Shown here: positions 55,736 to 63,177 of the stretch, piece after piece
Position numbering within the stretch: the stretch's first letter is position 1
Layout of the letters: every line of letters begins with the position of its first letter
Notes under the pieces: generated by a model
What the model saw: only the letters and a program-made list of their open reading frames with translations
What the model was told of the DNA's origin: nothing
Databases searched by the model: none
Origin: an uncultured archaeon
GTDB taxonomy: Archaea > Aenigmatarchaeota > Aenigmatarchaeia > QMZP01 > JACQNV01
Length of the DNA: 64,000 bases
Assembly: GCA_964410585.1 (NCBI GenBank)
Contig: CAYPFW010000002.1
Location: forward strand, 78,207 to 142,206
Direction of reading: 5' to 3'
Made by a program: the position numbers and the translations under genes

Positions 55736-55776
55736 ATCTTTTCGATCTTAATACTAAAGATATGTCCAATTGTTAA

Positions 55777-56268
55777 TTATTTTTTCTCTTCTGTTTTTGG
55801 CTTAGCAGCCTGTTTTGCTTCTGGTTTTGGTTGAATCTTATGTTCTTCTTTCTTTTCTTGTGTTGGTTTTGCCGAAGCCTCAGAACCATCCTCTTTTTTC
55901 TTTTTGAATTCCTCGAGTTCTTTCTTTTCTTCTGATGTAAGAGGAGCTTGTTCACCTTTCTTTCCAAGAAGCTTTTCCTTCAAAGTCTTTTTAACTTCTT
56001 TTGGTTTCATTTTTTCATCTGGTAGAAGAACATTGACAACAGGTCCGTCCTTTATTGCTTTTACTTGTATTTTTCCAGGAACCCACTTTGAGCCACTCTG
56101 GTGAAGGAATTGGTTTATTCCACTGGATATTTTGACATCCTCTGCTTTCATGTGCCTGTAGAAATATGCTCTTATAGCATTTGCTGCAGCTGTGTGCCTT
56201 TTTAATTTGGGCCTGTCTATCCAACTCTTCTTCAATGGAACTGTCAATAATTTCTCTTCAATAGCCAT
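55777..56268 (-). CDS. rpl31e: 50S ribosomal protein L31e with a Lys-rich C-terminal extension
   Basis: MAIEEKLLTVPLKK...RAYFYRHMK...; K/E-rich tail. Confidence 0.8.
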   Translation of the reverse strand: MAIEEKLLTVPLKKSWIDRPKLKRHTAAANAIRAYFYRHMKAEDVKISSGINQFLHQSGSKWVPGKIQVKAIKDGPVVNVLLPDEKMKPKEVKKTLKEKLLGKKGEQAPLTSEEKKELEEFKKKKEDGSEASAKPTQEKKEEHKIQPKPEAKQAAKPKTEEKK

Positions 56269-56269
56269 A

Positions 56270-56440
56270 CTAAACCTTTAGTTTGCTCTTCCTCCAATGT
56301 TTTACTTCGTTGACTCTTATTCTTCTTGATCGTGCCCTTTTAAGGCTGAACTTTTTGATGTCTGCCCATCTTGGAGCTGACCTAGATTTGCCTAATTTAA
56401 TTAGTTTCTTCTTTTTTCCAGATGTCTTATTTCTTCCCAT
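56270..56440 (-). CDS. rpl39e: 50S ribosomal protein L39e
   Basis: Manual translation of the minus strand gives MGRNKTSGKKKKLIKLGKSRSAPRWADIKKFSLKRARSRRIRVNEVKHWRKSKLKV (56 aa); it is not in the supplied ORF track. Confidence 0.75.
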   Translation of the reverse strand: MGRNKTSGKKKKLIKLGKSRSAPRWADIKKFSLKRARSRRIRVNEVKHWRKSKLKV

Positions 56441-56534
56441 AACCTCTTATCCTAAAAGGTTAATCAAAACAGGAGGCTAAAATTTTCCTCAGTTAGCTTC
56501 GGAAAATTTTTAAACGCCTTCCACGACTAACCCT

Positions 56535-56804
56535 TCAGCGAAATTTAATATTAAAGTCTTTTTTTCCAGCTTGGAGCATTTGTAAAACCTGTTTCATTTG
56601 CTCATCTGTTATTTGTGACTGGATTTTGCCTGATTGAACAAGTTGAATCAAATATAACTCAACTTGGCCTGCTAATTGAGGGTTTACGAGCTTTACTCTG
56701 TTTATCCTCTCAAATGCTTCCTTATCTAATATGGAAGTCAAAACTTTTTTTTTCATTTCCTCCAGTTGCTTCATTTGTTCTGGAGTTATCTGATCTTCTC
56801 CCAT
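56535..56804 (-). CDS. PDCD5/TFAR19-like DNA-binding protein
   Basis: 89 aa, ...LVNPQLAGQVELYLIQLVQSGK... has the typical layout. Confidence 0.65.
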   Translation of the reverse strand: MGEDQITPEQMKQLEEMKKKVLTSILDKEAFERINRVKLVNPQLAGQVELYLIQLVQSGKIQSQITDEQMKQVLQMLQAGKKDFNIKFR

Positions 56805-56805
56805 A

Positions 56806-57237
56806 TTAAGATGAAAGTGTTTTTGCTGTTTCGTTTAAAAGTGATATTCCTTTCTTGTTTAATTTTCTTCCAAGCACTTTTCCCTTTTCATTTTTCTGTA
56901 AATCTAAATATCCTGCTTTTTGCATCTGACCCATTATTGTCCTTATTACCTTTCCAGACCCTGGGAATTTGTGCTCTGGTTTATGTCCTCTATTTTTCCT
57001 TCCACCATAAACTTTCCTAAGCCTGTTCACACCAATTCCTGGCTCCAAATAAAGTTTTCTAAATAAGCTTGCAGCTCTCAAATACCACCAATTGCTTTGT
57101 GTAGGCGGCCTTTGCTTGCTTGTGCCTGTTTTGACATAGCTAGCCCATTCTGGTTTTTTGAATTCCTGCATTTTTTCCAGCTTTTCAGCTAAGCTGTTTA
57201 TCAAATTTTGCGTGTCAACGTCTTTCACAGATACCAT
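56806..57237 (-). CDS. rps19e: 30S ribosomal protein S19e
   Basis: 143 aa; ...YLRAASLFRKLYL...GGRKNRG.... Confidence 0.8.
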   Translation of the reverse strand: MVSVKDVDTQNLINSLAEKLEKMQEFKKPEWASYVKTGTSKQRPPTQSNWWYLRAASLFRKLYLEPGIGVNRLRKVYGGRKNRGHKPEHKFPGSGKVIRTIMGQMQKAGYLDLQKNEKGKVLGRKLNKKGISLLNETAKTLSS

Positions 57238-57252
57238 ATATCTCCATTATAT

Positions 57253-57609
57253 TCAATTTGCTCTTTTTAAATGTTTTTTGGCTGCTTTTTCCCTCCTATA
57301 AGGAAATCTTATCTTTTTTCCGCATTCTTTGCACAAAACTTCAACTGCTTTCTGTTTAGTGTTTGCCCTGTGCACAGAGTTTACCCCAGGGACAAGATAG
57401 GATTTGCAGTGTTTGCAAAATTTTCTTTTGAGTTCTTTTTGAATCTTGACATTGTATCTCATGCCAATTTTTCTGGCCAATTCAACATACCTGTTTGCAT
57501 ATTTTTTGTTTTCCTTGAATTCTTTTTCAGCTAAATCGAAAAGGATTGCTATTCTTTCTTTTGCTATGTCTGTTTGCCATTTTGGCTTATCTCTATTTCT
57601 GCGATCCAT
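57253..57609 (-). CDS. rnp4: RNase P protein subunit Rpp21 (Rpr2/RNP4)
   Basis: Zinc ribbon CKHCKSY...CKECGKK and a basic N-terminal helix. Confidence 0.7.
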   Translation of the reverse strand: MDRRNRDKPKWQTDIAKERIAILFDLAEKEFKENKKYANRYVELARKIGMRYNVKIQKELKRKFCKHCKSYLVPGVNSVHRANTKQKAVEVLCKECGKKIRFPYRREKAAKKHLKRAN

Positions 57610-57646
57610 AGGTAAATAGAATTAGTTGCTTATGATTTGTATCCTA

Positions 57647-57930
57647 GTTTTCTTTGGGGTACCTTACCACTTTCTTTTTCGTGTCTCCTCTTTGCAAAGT
57701 TGACACGAGATCAGTGTCTCAGCAATGCAATGGACACTGAGACATCTCATCATCCAATATACTCTGTGAGATGCTGATTGAGTGAGCAACAGCGAACTCC
57801 TGATACAGAAACTGATCCGCAGATCAGTTTCCAGCTACGACTGTGCTCACTGCTCATGTGCTGTTGCACATGACATCTCGTCATCTCTTACACCGGCGAG
57901 ATGCCGATCTAAAAGAAAGGGGTTAGACTC
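57647..57930 (+). ncRNA. Copy D of the repeated element: conserved ends (TTTTCTTTGGGGTACCTTACCACTTTCTTTTTC ... TCTAAAAGAAAGGGGTTAGACTC) enclosing a 227-nt GC-rich structured insert (57681-57907)
   Basis: The two hairpin arms of the short copies are here separated by an insert rich in inverted repeats (GTGTCTCAGCAATGCAATGGACACTGAGAC) and two GACATCTC(A/G)TCATC motifs. The supplied ORF 57782-58024 lies inside and is considered spurious. Confidence 0.45.
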
Positions 57931-58360
57931 TTTTCAAAATAATACCGCCAGCTCCGCGTGCTGCGAAATTGTGCATAATATCTGCAATAGAATTCACAAT
58001 GCCATCTGCTTCCCACGCTTTTAGTTTTATTTCTTCAGGCTCCAAGACTTCAACACTAGAAGGGCCATAGTTCATTGCAACAAAAACAAGCCTTTCATAG
58101 CCTTCAGTCAACACCTCTAATTCAACTACATATGAATAGGCTTCTGGAACATTTGGAAATGGCTTTTCCACTTTTCTTGATTCTTTCCAGTCTATTTTAG
58201 AAAGCAAAACGCCTTTTTCATTCTCGAGTTTCTGGACGTGTTTTTGCAAAGCATCCTTGGCAGCTTCTTCGTTTATCGCCATGACCTCGATAAACATCTG
58301 TGACCTTATCCATCCATCCTTCATTTTTTGCTTTACGATGTCTTTGATGTCTTTGCTCAT
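57923..58360 (-). CDS. Hypothetical protein
   Basis: 145 aa, no motif recognised; its stop overlaps the 3' box of element D. Confidence 0.35.
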   Translation of the reverse strand: MSKDIKDIVKQKMKDGWIRSQMFIEVMAINEEAAKDALQKHVQKLENEKGVLLSKIDWKESRKVEKPFPNVPEAYSYVVELEVLTEGYERLVFVAMNYGPSSVEVLEPEEIKLKAWEADGIVNSIADIMHNFAARGAGGIILKRV

Positions 58361-58381
58361 ATGCCAAGTATTAATTTCAAA

Positions 58382-58456
58382 TTATATAAATGGGGTTACC
58401 CGGATTTGAACCGGGGTCGGACGCTCCCAAGGCGCCAATCCTAAGCCAAGCTAGAC
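58382..58456 (-). tRNA. tRNA-Pro (anticodon UGG)
   Basis: Cloverleaf: acceptor GGGGTTA/TAACCCC, anticodon stem GGCGC/GCGTC with loop CTTGGGA, T-loop TTCAAAT, discriminator A; 75 nt, no encoded CCA. Confidence 0.85.
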
Positions 58457-58664
58457 GATAACCCCATATATCTAAAGGATTTATTCTTATTGTTTTAAAT
58501 AGTAATATATGAATATGGATCAGATGATTTCTACCTTAGAAACCGCTCTTATAGAATGTGGATACTGTGGAGCAAAAAATTTTAAAAGTACATGCGCAGA
58601 AATGTCTTACAAAACTTGTTCTAGGTGTTTGGGATCTTTGAAAATTTAAGCTTTTTTATTAAAA

Positions 58665-59762
58665 ATGTGTATGTACCTTGAATATGTAAGAACTTACCTT
58701 TCAGCAGATGAAAGGTTGACAGAAAAACAAAGAGACAGGCTAGCTCAAAGAATCATTAGATGGGCAGAAGATAATGATGTAAGAGACATAAGTAGATTGC
58801 ATGACAAGCTTGTTGATTGGATCGATCAGCCTTCGATTCAAGAGGAGAAATTTGAAAATGTTGAACATCCATTGGATAATGATGGCGATGTCAACCTTTT
58901 AGAAGACCCAAAATCACAAACACCTGTTGATTTGTTTGTTATAGGAGAACGAGAGATACTAACTGGAGACCAACTGAGGGGAATGATACTTGAGGAAAGT
59001 CCAGAATTGTCTGGTATTGCCTCTGTCATATTGCCTGAGAGCAGAGTTGTTGGCGACAATGTAGATTTAGATGGAATTGAAAACAGACTTAGAGGTATTG
59101 TTCCAAGAATCAAATGTGGTAAACTTCTTATCCCACAAAAACAAGTTCTGTGTATACGTTTTGATGAAAGTGGAAATTTGCAGATAGCCTACAAAAGAGG
59201 CTATCAGGATGACAGAGTCAATGAGGCTCTGAGGCTTTATTCTGAATTATTGACAGTCCAGGAAATAGGCCCTAGAATAGGTGTGAGCCCATCAACAGTT
59301 TGCACTTGGCTGTACAAGGATATGGGCCTGATGCCGGCACGCGACCTAAAAGTTGCAAGACAAATACAAACAGCAGTGAAACTTTTTGATGAAGGCAAGG
59401 AAGTACAGGAAATTATGGATATAATGAAATCGACACAGACAACTGTCTGGAGATGGTTGAATAGAGCTGGTGTTGAGTTCAACTCAAGGGGACCAGAACC
59501 TTGGGTATATGAGACTAAAGTCAGACTCAGTTTGTCGGATTTAGATGAAATATATTCCCAAATAAATCCAACTTTTAGACAAAGAAACAACTACAGGGAA
59601 ATTTTCAAATACATAAAAAATTTTGAGAAAGAAAACAAAAGAGGTCCAAGCAGAGATGAAATTTCAGATGCTCTTGGTGTTGATCCTTGGAAGACGCTTC
59701 AAGTTTTTGTTGAATATGGGATCTTAGAAAAAAGAAGGCTCCCAAGACGATTTTATGTCTAA
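58665..59762 (+). CDS. Hypothetical protein with multiple helix-turn-helix-like segments
   Basis: Three HTH-like stretches (GVSPSTVCTWLYKD, TTVWRWLNRAGVEF, ISDALGVDPWKTLQVFVEYGIL). It is flanked by tRNA-Pro and tRNA-Thr. Confidence 0.35.
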   Translation: MCMYLEYVRTYLSADERLTEKQRDRLAQRIIRWAEDNDVRDISRLHDKLVDWIDQPSIQEEKFENVEHPLDNDGDVNLLEDPKSQTPVDLFVIGEREILTGDQLRGMILEESPELSGIASVILPESRVVGDNVDLDGIENRLRGIVPRIKCGKLLIPQKQVLCIRFDESGNLQIAYKRGYQDDRVNEALRLYSELLTVQEIGPRIGVSPSTVCTWLYKDMGLMPARDLKVARQIQTAVKLFDEGKEVQEIMDIMKSTQTTVWRWLNRAGVEFNSRGPEPWVYETKVRLSLSDLDEIYSQINPTFRQRNNYREIFKYIKNFEKENKRGPSRDEISDALGVDPWKTLQVFVEYGILEKRRLPRRFYV

Positions 59763-59763
59763 A

Positions 59764-59850
59764 AGCCCCAAGGGAGAATTGAACTCCCAACCTACAGTTT
59801 ACGAAAATCGACATACAAATTCTGTCGCTCTACCATTGAGCTACTGAGGC
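59764..59850 (-). tRNA. tRNA-Thr (anticodon CGU) interrupted by a 15-nt intron at the non-canonical position 30/31
   Basis: Exon 1 = 59822-59850, intron = 59807-59821 (AATTTGTATGTCGAT), exon 2 = 59764-59806. The spliced product has anticodon stem ACAGT/ACTGT, loop TTCGTAA, T-loop TTCAATT, discriminator U. The splice sites sit in 3-nt bulges (AG^A and AT^T) flanking a perfect 4-bp helix CGAC/GTCG (relaxed BHB). Confidence 0.7.
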
Positions 59851-59898
59851 ACATATAATTATCAGATAATCGCATTTTATAAATACCGAAAACTAATT

Positions 59899-60411
59899 TT
59901 GTTTATGTCAGCTGAGTGTCTTTTTTGCAAAATAGTGAAAGGGGAAGTACCATCTTTCAAGGTTTATGAGGATTCCAAAACATTGGCTTTTTTTGATATA
60001 AATCCAAGAAACCCAGGACATACTTTGGTCATACCAAAGTCGCATCATGAAGTGCTTTTGACTGTGGGGGAAGAAGAAGGTTCTGCGCTTTTTTCTGCAG
60101 TGAAAAAGGTTTCGATTGCCTTGAAAAACAGCTTGAAGGCAGATGGTTTGTCTATTCTACAAAACAATGGTGAGGCAGCTGGCCAAGTTGTAGGTCATGT
60201 TCACTTTCATGTCATCCCTCGCTTCAATTCAGAAAGGCCAGTTGCATTGGAGGCTCTTTTGCCTGTCAAGAAACCAGCATCACAGGAAGCAATGCAGCAG
60301 CTAGTTAGCACAGTAAAAGCAGGCTTTGGTGGACCTGTTGAAAAGCCAAAAGAAGAAAAACCAGCTGAAAAAAAACCAGAAAAAAAGAAAGATATGTTTG
60401 ATTTTAAATGA
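59899..60411 (+). CDS. HIT-family (histidine triad) nucleotide hydrolase with a Lys/Glu-rich C-terminal tail
   Basis: HVHFHVIPR triad motif; 170 aa. Confidence 0.8.
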   Translation: MFMSAECLFCKIVKGEVPSFKVYEDSKTLAFFDINPRNPGHTLVIPKSHHEVLLTVGEEEGSALFSAVKKVSIALKNSLKADGLSILQNNGEAAGQVVGHVHFHVIPRFNSERPVALEALLPVKKPASQEAMQQLVSTVKAGFGGPVEKPKEEKPAEKKPEKKKDMFDFK

Positions 60412-60413
60412 GA

Positions 60414-60544
60414 TGCGCTAGCCGAGATTCGAACTCGGGTCACAGCCTTGGCAAGGTTATACACTTCTTGAATTTTTCTTAAAGTTCTGTATTCTACCAA
60501 GGTACAAACCTTTTTACAGAAAAGGCTTACTATACTACTAGCGC
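60414..60544 (-). tRNA. tRNA-like locus with intact acceptor/T-arm ends but about 55 extra internal nucleotides (multi-intron tRNA, isotype unresolved, or a pseudo-tRNA)
   Basis: 5' end GCGCTAG-TA-GTAT; 3' end CCGAG-TTCGAAT-CTCGG-CTAGCGC-A with perfect 7-bp acceptor complementarity. A candidate D-loop intron (minus-strand nt 16-45 of the locus) gives D-arm GTAT-AGTGGTAGA-ATAC and a BHB-like helix GTAT/GTAC followed by a 9-bp intron hairpin. The anticodon region could not be resolved with a single further intron. Confidence 0.4.
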
Positions 60545-60611
60545 TTTAATTCAAAGTATTATTATTCAGACTATTTAAAAACCTACACTAGAAAACTCAA
60601 TAATCTACTGA

Positions 60612-60917
60612 TTAAGAAAGCAACATCCACTCCAAATACTCTTTTGTCCTGCGGCATTTGTCTTCCTGTGCCCTGCATTCATCTCTTATTTGAATAAGCC
60701 TTCCCAGTCTTTGATTTTCTTCATTGAATAAAATAGAAAATTCTCTCTGACCTTCTAATATCCTATTTTGGTATTCCTGTAAATGCCTAAAAGATTCCTG
60801 CGCCATATCATCTACCATTGCTGCTTTTGAGGCCCAAGAAGCTCCTTGTTTTCCGTAAAGTTTTATTCCATCCTCTACAGAAGTTTGTCTACTTTGATAA
60901 ACATCAAGAACTGTCAT
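60612..60917 (-). CDS. Hypothetical small protein in the iron-permease operon
   Basis: 101 aa, C-terminal CRAQEDKC. Confidence 0.3.
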   Translation of the reverse strand: MTVLDVYQSRQTSVEDGIKLYGKQGASWASKAAMVDDMAQESFRHLQEYQNRILEGQREFSILFNEENQRLGRLIQIRDECRAQEDKCRRTKEYLEWMLLS

Positions 60918-60918
60918 T

Positions 60919-61788
60919 TTATTCTCCTTTAATTTTTGTCCTTACAATTTCCCTAAAAGAAATCTGTTTGTATATTCTTACAAAAAATCCACCAACAATA
61001 ATCCAATATAGAAGATATCCAGCAACTCTCAGATTTTCAGGATCTCCATCATATCCAACAAGCGCCTTTGCAATTGATCCCAATGTGCCTTTTTCATGCA
61101 ATATGTCTGTCTTTTCCAATGGATTTATATTGTATGCTTTTTCTCCCCAAAAACCAAAATCGTATCCTAAGCCTTCGCCAGCCTCTATCAATTCATGTAT
61201 TCCGTAACCAAACAACCCAGCTGCAAAAACTATCAGAAGAACTCCAGTGTATTTGAAAAATTCTTTCAAAGGAAGTCTTACTGTTCCCTTTAGCAAAACA
61301 AAGGCAAGCAGGAAAACAACAACAGCTCCAAGTGCTGTTCCCCAAATTGTGCCAGATGCATCTGCTGTGTATGTTGCAGTTAGGAAAAGAACAGTTTCAA
61401 TACCTTCCCTAAATATGACAATGAAAGACAAAATAGCTACACCAAGCAAATATTTTGCTGACACAAAATTATCTATCTTTTTCTGCAGGTTTTCCCTTAT
61501 ATTTTTTGCATTTTTGGCCATCCAAAATATCATTGTTGTTAAAACAATTGTTGCAAACAAGCTTGCCACACCCTCAAACAATTGGGCTGAAACACCTTCC
61601 AAGGTTCCGTATGTAACAATCAATCCATAACCTATAGCTAAGCTCAAGAAGATCGCAACAGTAGAACCAATCCACACATACTTTTTCACTTCCGGCCTTC
61701 CAATTTTTATGAGATATGCAACAATAATTGCTATGATTAGAGCAGCTTCCAAACCTTCTCTAAACATTATAAGGAAAGGTGCTAACAT
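60919..61788 (-). CDS. FTR1/EfeU-family high-affinity iron permease
   Basis: Two RExxE motifs (FREGLEA, FREGIET) in a 7-TM protein. Confidence 0.75.
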   Translation of the reverse strand: MLAPFLIMFREGLEAALIIAIIVAYLIKIGRPEVKKYVWIGSTVAIFLSLAIGYGLIVTYGTLEGVSAQLFEGVASLFATIVLTTMIFWMAKNAKNIRENLQKKIDNFVSAKYLLGVAILSFIVIFREGIETVLFLTATYTADASGTIWGTALGAVVVFLLAFVLLKGTVRLPLKEFFKYTGVLLIVFAAGLFGYGIHELIEAGEGLGYDFGFWGEKAYNINPLEKTDILHEKGTLGSIAKALVGYDGDPENLRVAGYLLYWIIVGGFFVRIYKQISFREIVRTKIKGE

Positions 61789-62567
61789 TATGATCTCCTC
61801 GATAGCTGATGACTAATTTCATGCTTTTGAAGTCTGTCAAACTCTTTTCTAGAAAGAGATTGCCTAGCCTTTGGAATAAGAACATTTTCTTCTTTGTCTA
61901 TGTGTGGCTGTATAACGCGTATTATTTCATTTGAAATTTTCTTTAAGTGATCAGGACTTTTTTCATATGAGTCTACTGCAAGTTTTAGTTCTAAGAATTT
62001 TTTCCTCATAAAATTGTGTTCAGAGATAAGCTCTTCAACAATTTTCTTTTCTTTGGTAGCCATAGCCTTAAACAGTGTTTGTTCCTCTTCTTTGAAATGC
62101 TGTGTAAGGGTTTTGTTAAAAAAATCAGAAGCCTCAATAAGCTGTTTTTTAGACTTAAGTTTTGCTGAACTGTATTTGTTTAGAACCTTTATTTTTTCAA
62201 TTATAACTTCTGTTTCGTGTTCAATTGCATTAACTGAAGGCATTGCTGACCACTCATTAATTTTATGTTGGCATGCAAAGCCGCAGAACTTTGATACATG
62301 GGACCTCATTATATCGAGTAGTGGTCTCATTGTTTCCTTGTTTACGCTATACATCCTGCTCTTTCCGTCTATCGAGAAATCAACGAATCCGTGATCTTTC
62401 AGAAGTTTTAGGTGATGTGAAACTAGGCTCTGTTCAAGATTAAGTTTTCTAGAAATTTCATTAACAGTTAAATCTTTGTCTAAAATTAGATTCAGGATAG
62501 AAAGTCTATTCCTATCTGCAAGCACTGCAAAAAACTCTTCGCATATGTTTGAGTTCATATGAACCAA
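61788..62567 (-). CDS. ArsR/SmtB-family HTH regulator fused to a hemerythrin-like (HHE) cation-binding domain
   Basis: N-terminal wHTH (RLSILNLIL...LTVNEISRKLNLEQSLVSHHLKLLKDHGFV); C-terminal His/Glu motifs (TQHFKEEEQ, ISEHNFMRKKFLE, IQPHIDKEEN) typical of hemerythrin-like domains. Confidence 0.55.
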   Translation of the reverse strand: MVHMNSNICEEFFAVLADRNRLSILNLILDKDLTVNEISRKLNLEQSLVSHHLKLLKDHGFVDFSIDGKSRMYSVNKETMRPLLDIMRSHVSKFCGFACQHKINEWSAMPSVNAIEHETEVIIEKIKVLNKYSSAKLKSKKQLIEASDFFNKTLTQHFKEEEQTLFKAMATKEKKIVEELISEHNFMRKKFLELKLAVDSYEKSPDHLKKISNEIIRVIQPHIDKEENVLIPKARQSLSRKEFDRLQKHEISHQLSRRS

Positions 62568-62788
62568 TATTCATATGAAGGATATATAAAGTTATCTGTC
62601 TTCTAAAAAGAAATGGGAAAGGATCAGTTGTTCCTTTCCAGTTCCTTGATCCTTTCGGCAACTCCTTGTGCCTCTTTTTCGAGGTTTTCTTTGTATTCTT
62701 TTAAGATTTCTATCTTTTCATCCTTTGTAAGGAATCCCCTAGACCCGCAAAAACTTGTGTCACAATACATACGTCCTCCTTCCGAAAA

Positions 62789-62853
62789 CATCGGATATAC
62801 GATATTATTAGGCGAAGGTACTTATAAACATATCGTATATACGATATTCGACA
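62789..62853. promoter_or_regulatory. Candidate operator: perfect 20-bp palindrome AATATCGTATATACGATATT (62832-62851) plus a half-site copy GGATATACGATATT (62794-62807), in the divergent promoter region between the ArsR-hemerythrin operon and a PadR-like gene
   Basis: Direct reading of the sequence; located 30-90 bp upstream of the PadR-like start at 62882. Confidence 0.4.
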
Positions 62854-62881
62854 ATTTAAATATCGCCTACCCAATATATGT

Positions 62882-63175
62882 ATGAAAAAAGAAGAAGCAT
62901 GTGATATGAGAGGATTTTTATCATTTTTGATTCTGCTTCTACTATCAAAAAAATCAATGAGCGGGAAGGAAATAACAAAGGAGATAGAGAAAAGAAAGGG
63001 TTGTAAACCCAGTCCAGGAACAATTTATCCCGCACTAAAATCTCTAAAATCTTGCGGTTTTTTAAAAGAGAGGAAAAGCGGAAAGGAAATTAGTTACACT
63101 TTAACAGATGATGGTAGAAGAGCTCTAAAAATAGCAAAGGAGCAGTTCTGTAAAACCTTCATGGAATTTTTCTAA
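62882..63175 (+). CDS. PadR-family transcriptional regulator (short type)
   Basis: 97 aa; LSFLILLLLSKKSMSGKEI...GTIYPALKSLKSCGFLK winged-helix signature. Confidence 0.6.
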   Translation: MKKEEACDMRGFLSFLILLLLSKKSMSGKEITKEIEKRKGCKPSPGTIYPALKSLKSCGFLKERKSGKEISYTLTDDGRRALKIAKEQFCKTFMEFF

Positions 63176-63177
63176 TT

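Noticed and set aside
56283-56480. Supplied 65-aa plus-strand ORF
   Set aside because: The minus strand here encodes ribosomal protein L39e (clear MGRNK...RWADIKK signature). The plus-strand ORF is its shadow.
57640-57935. Hypothesis that the GC-rich RNA next to the RNase P protein gene is the RNase P RNA itself
   Set aside because: The universal CR-I (GGAAAGUCCGGGC) and CR-IV/CR-V motifs could not be found. The ACAGAAAC match is too short to count. Left as an unknown structured RNA.
57782-58024. Supplied 80-aa ORF on the plus strand
   Set aside because: It lies entirely inside the GC-rich insert of element copy D. The translation is Cys/Ser-rich low-complexity with no homology signal; the region is better explained as structured non-coding RNA.
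59764-59850. Canonical 37/38 intron reading of this tRNA as tRNA-Gln(UUG)
   Set aside because: That reading gives anticodon loop ATTTGTA (A32, U37), a mismatched 31-39 pair, and no 4-bp helix between the putative splice sites. The 30/31 intron model gives a perfect loop and a BHB.
62613-62885. 90-aa ORF covering the palindromic operator region upstream of the PadR-like gene
   Set aside because: The region is dominated by a 20-bp perfect palindrome and its half-site, as expected for a divergent promoter/operator. The translation has no features of a real protein.
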